A stretch of DNA of 64,000 nucleotides from positions 11,738 through 75,737 of the forward strand of contig JAWOCK010000027.1 of the NCBI GenBank assembly GCA_046483845.1, written 5' to 3'. Numbering within the stretch: position 1 is the first letter of the stretch; each line of letters begins with the position of its first letter. The notes beneath the pieces were generated by a model. It saw nothing but the letters and a program-made list of their open reading frames with translations. It searched no databases and had not been told where the DNA came from. The translations under genes and the position numbers were made by a program. Positions 58,059-64,000 of the stretch are shown piece by piece. The DNA is from Thermoplasmatota archaeon. GTDB taxonomy: Archaea > Thermoplasmatota > Penumbrarchaeia > Penumbrarchaeales > Penumbrarchaeaceae.

Positions 58059-59954
58059 TCACATATCAAGCATCGACAGGTAAAAGAAAGAGGGGGCTTC
58101 ACTGTTCTTTTTTACCAGAGAGGCTGTTAGGAGGAATTCGGTACTGTCTCCGTCATCATGGTCTATCCTTTTCCTCATTCTCCTCTTTCCGTTATTGTTA
58201 TGGACATCCCTTATCATCTTCCTAATATCATCCTGATCCTTCTCATTGAACATGTGGACCATGGGGCTGTCGAGAAGATGGTTCCTTGGTTTTCTCAGAA
58301 GATCGGCACCGGTCTCGTTCACATCCATAATTATCCCATATTCGTCCAGCTTGAACAGACCAATTGGTGAATGGTCGAACATATCCGAATATTCATTCCT
58401 TGATTCCTCAAGCTCCTTCTGACTTCTCATGAGCTCTCGGTTCTGCTGCTCCAGCTCATTCCTATGCATGTCAAGCTCCTGCTTCGTCCTCCTCAATTCG
58501 GTGATGTCCCAGAAGATGCCGACCGACTGGACTATATTTCCATACTTGTCCTTTATGGGTCGAGCATTTGCCATGACAGGGATCTTCGTTCCATCGGAGC
58601 GAGATATCAGGACCTCTTCGTTCTCCACGGTCTCACCTTTCAACAGGGCACGGCTTGCTGGAAGTTCCTCGGGAGGATAGGATTCTCCTCCCGGCCTGTA
58701 CAAGCCGAATCTATGCGAGTGCTTCTCTATCGGTGCTCTCAGTTCGGACAGCCCGTAGAGTTCCTCTGCTCTGCTGTTCATGAAGCTTACCTTTCCATCC
58801 GGTGCATCCAGGAAGACGATCCCAACCGGAGTGGAGCTTGCAAGGGCCCTGAGGTTCTCCTCTTTGATGTTCCGCTCCCTTTGTGCTCTTTTGATGCCGT
58901 TCTCCAACCCTCTGAGCTCGGTGAGGTCGATACCGGTCAGATAGATGTTGCGGGTCTGATCATCGGGTTCGGTCAGCAACCTGCCGGAGATGAAGGAGAT
59001 GTTCTTTTTCGACCCGTCTTTGGAGAGGATGTTGAGTTCCATTATCTCCTTGTGAAGTTTTTCCTTCTTGATCCTGCCGAACATCCTCATGAACCTCTTG
59101 CTTTCATCGGCATCGGGGATCAGTTCCCGGATGTTCTTCTTCGTCTCCTTGCCGCTGTAACCCAGGACCTCCCGGCAAATCTTGTTCATTTCCAATATGT
59201 GGCCCTTGTCGTCCAGTATAATATTGATGGATGGGGCATCATCAAAGAGGAAACGATACCTCTCCATGGTCTTCCTCAGCTTCTCCTCTACTTTCCTCTG
59301 TCGGGAATCGTCCCTCAACATCAGAACCTGGCCGATAATATCGCCTTTTTTGTTCTCTATCGGATCCATGGTAAGGCTCACGTCTATTTGCTTTCCGGAG
59401 CTATGGGTCATCCGGACCCTCATGTTTCCGATGCCCTTCTTTTTCCCGGACCTTTCAAGGATATAGGAGATGGTGGTTCTGTTCATCAGCCGATCGGCAC
59501 CGGAACCGATCAGCTTTGAGGAGTCGTAACCCAGCAGTTTCTCCGCACTCCTGTTGGTGAAGAACACTTTTTGCTCACGGTCGATTATCATCATGCCTTC
59601 ATTTGACCGTTTGACGATCCTGGTGAAGAAACCAAGGCTGTTGGTGGCAGAGGTAAGTTCCTCCTGCTCCTCAAAACGGCTGATTATATCGTTCAGGACC
59701 TCTCTTTCATCATCATCGATGTCGAGACAATAGGTCTCTCCGTATCCGAACTCCTTTTTCTCTCTCAGGACGATCCCGTTCTTTTCCAGCAGGTCAACAT
59801 GATGCTGAACGGTCCTGTAGTTGAGACCCAGGTGAGTTGCCATCTGGTTTATGTTCAGTTCATGCTCTTCCAGCAGTTTGATTATCTTAACCCTGTTGGA
59901 TCCTCCCCTGCTGCCGAGGATCAAATATGATATGTTCTTCTCATCCAGGCCCAA
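58059..59954 (-). CDS. Transcriptional regulator: N-terminal winged HTH followed by multiple PAS domains
   Basis: TTG start preceded by GGTGGGG. NISYLILGSRGGSNRVKIIKLLEEHELNINQMATHLGLNYRTVQHHVDLLEKNGIV HTH; at least three PAS-like repeats; no kinase domain. Confidence 0.65.
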   Translation of the reverse strand: MGLDEKNISYLILGSRGGSNRVKIIKLLEEHELNINQMATHLGLNYRTVQHHVDLLEKNGIVLREKKEFGYGETYCLDIDDDEREVLNDIISRFEEQEELTSATNSLGFFTRIVKRSNEGMMIIDREQKVFFTNRSAEKLLGYDSSKLIGSGADRLMNRTTISYILERSGKKKGIGNMRVRMTHSSGKQIDVSLTMDPIENKKGDIIGQVLMLRDDSRQRKVEEKLRKTMERYRFLFDDAPSINIILDDKGHILEMNKICREVLGYSGKETKKNIRELIPDADESKRFMRMFGRIKKEKLHKEIMELNILSKDGSKKNISFISGRLLTEPDDQTRNIYLTGIDLTELRGLENGIKRAQRERNIKEENLRALASSTPVGIVFLDAPDGKVSFMNSRAEELYGLSELRAPIEKHSHRFGLYRPGGESYPPEELPASRALLKGETVENEEVLISRSDGTKIPVMANARPIKDKYGNIVQSVGIFWDITELRRTKQELDMHRNELEQQNRELMRSQKELEESRNEYSDMFDHSPIGLFKLDEYGIIMDVNETGADLLRKPRNHLLDSPMVHMFNEKDQDDIRKMIRDVHNNNGKRRMRKRIDHDDGDSTEFLLTASLVKKNSEAPSFFYLSMLDM

Positions 59955-60211
59955 TATTCCCCACCTTGTTATACGGGGATGATTTGAAACTTATAAAAAA
60001 CTACCTGCTCTTACAGATCTATACAATGAGGTGAACATCAATGCTGGCCGTCAAAAGAACCCTTCTTTCTAGATATGTACACGATAAAAATAATTCACAT
60101 TAGCTAGCCCAAGGGTTCTTTTTTCGGTTTCATGCACTTATCTTTCGGTTTAATGATCATGGAAAGTTGTGACGAAAAACGGGAAATATGCAGGAACAAA
60201 AAGGTTATATG

Positions 60212-60220
60212 CTTTTGTTT
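60212..60220 (+). promoter_or_regulatory. TATA-like box GGTTATATG ~28 bp upstream of the ATG at 60248 (leaderless-type) for the HTH-PAS-kinase gene
   Basis: aaaggttatatgctttt. Confidence 0.3.
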
Positions 60221-60247
60221 AGATTCTTTTTTAGACCAACAAAGAAT

Positions 60248-61660
60248 ATGGAAGGGCATGGGGAAAGCAACAAGATGTCGGCATCAAGAAGGATCGAGCA
60301 TGAGGCACTGCGCCAGGACCTGTCCTATCTCATTCTTGGAAAAAGAGGAGGCGGGAAGAAGGTTCGGATACTGGAACTTTTAAAGGAGAGGCCCTACAAT
60401 ATCAACCAGCTCGCCAAGGAACTGGATGTCAACTACAGAACAGCCATGCATCACGTGAACGTACTGGAAGAGCATAAACTCATAAGCAGGTCGAGACCGC
60501 CGCTCGGTAAAGGCCATGTATTCAACCTTAAACTTAGGTCCGATGATGAACAGGAGATATTGAGCGAGATAATGTCTAAGTTCAAACTCTCGGAGAAGGT
60601 TTTGGATTTCTCTTATTCTCCCGAATTCTTTCAGAGGGTCGTGGAGCAGACCAATGATGCAGTGGTCATCATCGACGATAGGAAACAATTGTTCTTCCTG
60701 AACGAGAGTGCCGAGAGATTGTTCGGTTTGGAAAGAAAGGAAGGGATCGGGAACCCGATAAAGATGTTCCCCGAAGGTCTGGATGAGTTTCTGGACATAT
60801 CGAAGAGTGGAGGGATTGTGAGAGATCTCGAGACCCGGGCCAGACACCGTTCAGGGACCTCCGTTGACGTCACCGTCACCATGGACCCCATAAAGGACAA
60901 TGAAGATAAGATCGTCGGTTATTCCATGATCGTCAGGGATATAACCGAACGAAAACAGCTGGAAAGAGAGAGGGTGCGTACGGAGAGACTCAGGATGATC
61001 GGTAAACTTGCCGGGGGTGTTGGACAGGAGCTGCACAATCCACTTGCTTCCATTAAGAACGCGATTTACTTCCTGAGGATTGCCCTTGAGAGCTCCGACC
61101 CCGAGGTGGAGGAGGTTCTTGACATCCTGGAAGCGGAAACATCCACCTCCGAGCATATCATCCGCGAACTACTTGATCTGGCATGGCCAAGCACCAGGAA
61201 CCTGATGGAAGTGGACATAAAGGAGACCCTGGAAAAAGCATTATCGGAATCAGAGGTCCCGGACAATATAGAGGTCCGTTTCAGACCAGAAGGTGGACCG
61301 AACGTGGTAATATCCCATCCCGAGAAGCTTTTCATAGTCTTTTTTAATATCATAAGTAACGCTTTGGAGGCAATGCCCCACGGCGGCACCCTTACGATCT
61401 TATCCAGGTGTACCGATAGCGATTCGGTCTCCATCGAGTTCAAGGACACGGGAAAGGGCATTCCGGATGAGATGATAGGGAAGGTCTTCGATCCTTTGTT
61501 CACCACCAAGGCGAAGGGGATAGGACTGGGTCTCTATCTATCGAAAAGTATAATAGAGGGTCAGGGTGGAATTATAAAGGTTCAAAACAACAGAAAGGAT
61601 GGGTGCGATCTGACCATCACCCTTCCGACAGTTTTTCAGGGAGTTGGGATCGATGGATGA
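60248..61660 (+). CDS. Histidine kinase with N-terminal winged HTH (paralogous to 58059..59954 N-terminus), PAS domain, HisKA and HATPase_c
   Basis: HTH LSYLILGKRGGGKKVRILELLKERPYNINQLAKELDVNYRTAMHHVNVLEEHKLI; PAS; H-box ELHNPLASIKNAIYFL; G-box GIGLGLYLSKSII. Alternative starts at 60188 and 60275. Confidence 0.7.
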   Translation: MEGHGESNKMSASRRIEHEALRQDLSYLILGKRGGGKKVRILELLKERPYNINQLAKELDVNYRTAMHHVNVLEEHKLISRSRPPLGKGHVFNLKLRSDDEQEILSEIMSKFKLSEKVLDFSYSPEFFQRVVEQTNDAVVIIDDRKQLFFLNESAERLFGLERKEGIGNPIKMFPEGLDEFLDISKSGGIVRDLETRARHRSGTSVDVTVTMDPIKDNEDKIVGYSMIVRDITERKQLERERVRTERLRMIGKLAGGVGQELHNPLASIKNAIYFLRIALESSDPEVEEVLDILEAETSTSEHIIRELLDLAWPSTRNLMEVDIKETLEKALSESEVPDNIEVRFRPEGGPNVVISHPEKLFIVFFNIISNALEAMPHGGTLTILSRCTDSDSVSIEFKDTGKGIPDEMIGKVFDPLFTTKAKGIGLGLYLSKSIIEGQGGIIKVQNNRKDGCDLTITLPTVFQGVGIDG

Positions 61661-62060
61661 AGAAAAAAAGAAGGTACTATGCGTGGATGACAATATAAAT
61701 CTCTGCAGGACGATCTCACTGGTCCTGGGGCGGAAGGGGTTTCGGGCCGACATGGCAAGGGATGGTGAAGAGGCACTGGAGAAGGTGGAACGGGAGAACT
61801 ATGATATCATCCTTCTGGACATAAAGCTGCCGGGGATCGACGGGGTGGAGACCCTGAAGAGGATCAGGGACGTTAGAAAGGATGCGAATGTGATCATGAT
61901 GACCGCGTATGCGGTTGAGGACATGGTACATGAGGCACTGGAAGAGGGAGCAAAAGGGGTCTTCTATAAGCCGATGGATATGGACGAAGTGATAACCGGG
62001 ATAGAGGAGAACCTAGAATGCGACCTCTCTCCTGAGGATGCCAGGGAGGCTTTCCAATGA
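61653..62060 (+). CDS. Response regulator receiver domain protein (CheY-like, stand-alone)
   Basis: KVLCVDDNINLCRTI..DIILLDIKLPGIDGVETLKRIR..VIMMTAY (D-D-K receiver signature). Overlaps the kinase stop by 8 bp. Confidence 0.8.
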   Translation: MDEEKKKVLCVDDNINLCRTISLVLGRKGFRADMARDGEEALEKVERENYDIILLDIKLPGIDGVETLKRIRDVRKDANVIMMTAYAVEDMVHEALEEGAKGVFYKPMDMDEVITGIEENLECDLSPEDAREAFQ

Positions 62061-62458
62061 CACCGAGGGAAAAGCTCAGTTCCCCGGGCATATCCGGTCT
62101 GGACACCATATTCAATGGTGGGCTCCCGAGTGACCGGACATATCTTGTATGCGGCCCTGGAAAGACCACCTTTGATCTGCAGTTCCTTCTGGAAGGATCC
62201 CGGCATGGAGGGAAAGCGCCCCATATAGTAACCTCCGAAACGAGGTTCGAGATAGAATCCATCGCCCACTCCCACGGGTGGGATATCTCCGGAGTTACTG
62301 TTCATCAAAACGACAGGACACAATTGGCAGAGAGTCCTATGGAACTATCCCCTGGACGGATATCCCTGGGTGGATCCATGGATCGGCTCATGGGGATGAG
62401 CGACGGGTTTCAGAAACCTCAATCTTACCCCACAAAGAAGGAAAGGGAGAACAGTTGA
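62057..62458 (+). CDS. Truncated/degenerate KaiC-like (RecA-superfamily) fragment, possible pseudogene
   Basis: SPGISGLDTIFNGGLPSDRTYLVCGPGKTTFDLQFL resembles the KaiC N-terminal GIPGLDELLGGGLP...GPPGTGKTTFALQF, but the Walker A is shortened (GPGKTT) and the ORF is only 133 aa. Confidence 0.4.
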   Translation: MTPREKLSSPGISGLDTIFNGGLPSDRTYLVCGPGKTTFDLQFLLEGSRHGGKAPHIVTSETRFEIESIAHSHGWDISGVTVHQNDRTQLAESPMELSPGRISLGGSMDRLMGMSDGFQKPQSYPTKKERENS

Positions 62459-62502
62459 GTTCGGAAGAGAACGACGATCTGGGAATAGCTGTACTCGCTC
62501 CA

Positions 62503-64000
62503 ATGGAGCGTGATGCGGAGACAGTCGCATCGACGATCCAAGGTACAGGGATACCGGTCGAAACATTCGGATCGGTATCCGCTCTATGCAGGAAAATAGA
62601 GAAGGGGGTGGGTGCCGTTATTCTGGCCAGTGAAGTGTTTTCGGGAGAGGGGGTCGTCGAGCTCGACGCCATCCTCTCCCGTCAGCCCGAGTGGTCCGAT
62701 ATTCCCTTCATCCTGATGGCCAACAGAGACCGGGAGAACGAACCGAACTGGAATTTCCTTCTGGATGAGGATGCTCCGGCCCATACTCTGGTCCTGGAAC
62801 GTCCCGTTTATTCGAAGACCCTTATCAGCGCCGTAAGGTCAGCCCTCCGTTCAAGGAGAAAACAGTATCAGATAAGGGAAGAGCTCAGGGAAATAAGGAG
62901 GATCAAGGCAGAGCTCCTGGAGAACCAGGAGCGGATGAGGCTTGCTTCCCGGGCCGCCAGGTTCGGCACATATGACTCGGACCTCTTGAACAGATCATTT
63001 TACTGGTCCCCGGAGATGAAGGATATCCTCGGCCTGCCCGACCAGAGAGCGACACCAACCCTGGAACTGTTGGCGGACATGGTGCATCCCGATGAAGAGT
63101 ACCGCGTCCGGAAGATGCTGGAAAATGCATATGATCCCTCCGGTCCGGGATCGGTCGAGCAGGATTACCGGATCATACGACCGGACGGCACCCCGAGGTG
63201 GGTGCATGTGAAAGGTCAGGTCAGCTTCATGAAGGTCGGGGACAGGATAAGACCGGTCCGATCCACTGGAATGGTAATGGACATCACGGAGAGAAAGATG
63301 ATCCGGGAAGAACTCGACAAGGAGCGCAGGTTATTGGCCACCATCATGAACTCCATTCCGGTCATGATAACGATATACGACCCTAAGATCGAGAATATCT
63401 CCACCAATGACGCTGTTCACCGGATAACCGGTTGGACCAGGGAGGACCTCGAAGATAACGACCTCATGGAACTGGTCTATCCCGATCCCGAATACAGGGA
63501 AGAGGTCCGGATCTACATGGAAAACCTCGAAAAAGGATTCCGGGATCTCCGTATGGTGGCAAAGGACGGTTCTATAATAGAGTCGAGCTGGGCAAACATA
63601 AGGCTTCCCGATGGCCGCCGGGCAGGTGTGGGACTGGACCTGACCGATCGCAGAAAGGCAGAAGAGAAACTGGAGGCGGCAAAGGTCAAACTGATGCGCC
63701 AGGAGAAATTGGCAGCGGTCGGTACTCTGGCAGGAGGTGTGGCCCATGATCTGCGGAATCCACTTGCTGCAATCAAGAGCGCGGCCTATCTCCTCGACAT
63801 GGTTCTCGAAGGGTCGGATCCCGATGTGAAAAAAACCTTGCAGATCATCAACGATGAGGTGGTGGCCTCCGACAGGATAATCTCCGATCTGCTTGATTTT
63901 GCCAGACCTAAACCACCTGTCCGGAAAAGATTGGATTTGAGGAAATTGGTGAATGGAGCGATCTCGAGGATCCAGATCCCCGAAAAGATACAGGTGAACG
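62503..64000 (+). CDS. Sensor histidine kinase with N-terminal degenerate receiver-like domain and PAS domains; 3'-partial (open to window end)
   Basis: Not in the ORF track because no stop occurs before position 64000. Frame verified open from TTG 62455 / ATG 62503 to the end. REC-like GIAVLAP..GAVILASEVF..DIPFILMANRD (phospho-acceptor Asp position not obvious). PAS-like repeats. H-box VAHDLRNPLAAIKSAAYLL. Confidence 0.6.
   Translation, partial: MERDAETVASTIQGTGIPVETFGSVSALCRKIEKGVGAVILASEVFSGEGVVELDAILSRQPEWSDIPFILMANRDRENEPNWNFLLDEDAPAHTLVLERPVYSKTLISAVRSALRSRRKQYQIREELREIRRIKAELLENQERMRLASRAARFGTYDSDLLNRSFYWSPEMKDILGLPDQRATPTLELLADMVHPDEEYRVRKMLENAYDPSGPGSVEQDYRIIRPDGTPRWVHVKGQVSFMKVGDRIRPVRSTGMVMDITERKMIREELDKERRLLATIMNSIPVMITIYDPKIENISTNDAVHRITGWTREDLEDNDLMELVYPDPEYREEVRIYMENLEKGFRDLRMVAKDGSIIESSWANIRLPDGRRAGVGLDLTDRRKAEEKLEAAKVKLMRQEKLAAVGTLAGGVAHDLRNPLAAIKSAAYLLDMVLEGSDPDVKKTLQIINDEVVASDRIISDLLDFARPKPPVRKRLDLRKLVNGAISRIQIPEKIQVN

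Noticed and set aside
58464-59519. 351-aa plus-strand ORF opposite the HTH-PAS regulator
   Set aside because: No domain; the minus-strand frame carries clear HTH and PAS motifs along its whole length.
1-64000. CRISPR arrays, rRNA genes, complete insertion sequences or prophage
   Set aside because: No short regularly spaced direct repeats, no rRNA-like conserved blocks, no full transposase/integrase ORF. Only the scars at the two tRNA loci and a transposase C-terminal fragment are present.

Overview
Dense, intron-free coding region (~90% coding) that is clearly archaeal. Markers include FEN-1 with a PIP box, NAC-alpha, archaeal-type NMN adenylyltransferase, a UbiA/DGGGP-synthase-like prenyltransferase, and a tRNA with a canonical 37/38 intron. 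Promoters are TATA-box type and often leaderless; TTG/GTG starts and SD-like motifs also occur. The proteome is markedly acidic. Lineage cannot be fixed from sequence alone; a Thermoplasmatota-like marine archaeon is only a guess. Housekeeping content: grpE-dnaK-dnaJ operon, pdxT, purB, nadM+pncC, aroD-aroE fusion, fbp, ppsA, fpg/nei, pfpI and ferredoxins. Accessory content includes many large secreted or membrane-anchored surface proteins, two of them paralogous beta-propeller proteins, one a 1224-aa HExxH metallopeptidase-like protein and one a tandem-repeat protein. It also includes a redox cluster (cupins, FNR-like flavoprotein fused to ferredoxin, NapH-like polyferredoxin) and a dense signal-transduction cluster of HTH-PAS regulators, histidine kinases, a receiver and a truncated KaiC-like ORF. 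The most striking element is a single 2109-aa eukaryote-type multidomain acetyl-CoA carboxylase (biotin carboxylase, BCCP, central region and carboxyltransferase in one chain). Its arginine codon usage (CGN-rich) differs from the AGR-rich flanking genes, suggesting horizontal acquisition. It sits next to a B12-binding radical SAM gene. Two tRNA loci (tRNA-Pro CGG; intron-containing tRNA-Met/Ile2 CAU) carry duplicated tRNA 3'-end segments nearby. At the tRNA-Met locus there is also an 89-bp direct repeat with terminal inverted repeats and a C-terminal transposase remnant, i.e. scars of mobile-element integration. DnaK carries an unusual C-terminal double zinc-ribbon plus poly-lysine extension that recurs in other proteins here. 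No CRISPR array or rRNA was seen. The provided ORF track renders GTG/TTG starts as M and omits a 3'-open ORF at the window end.
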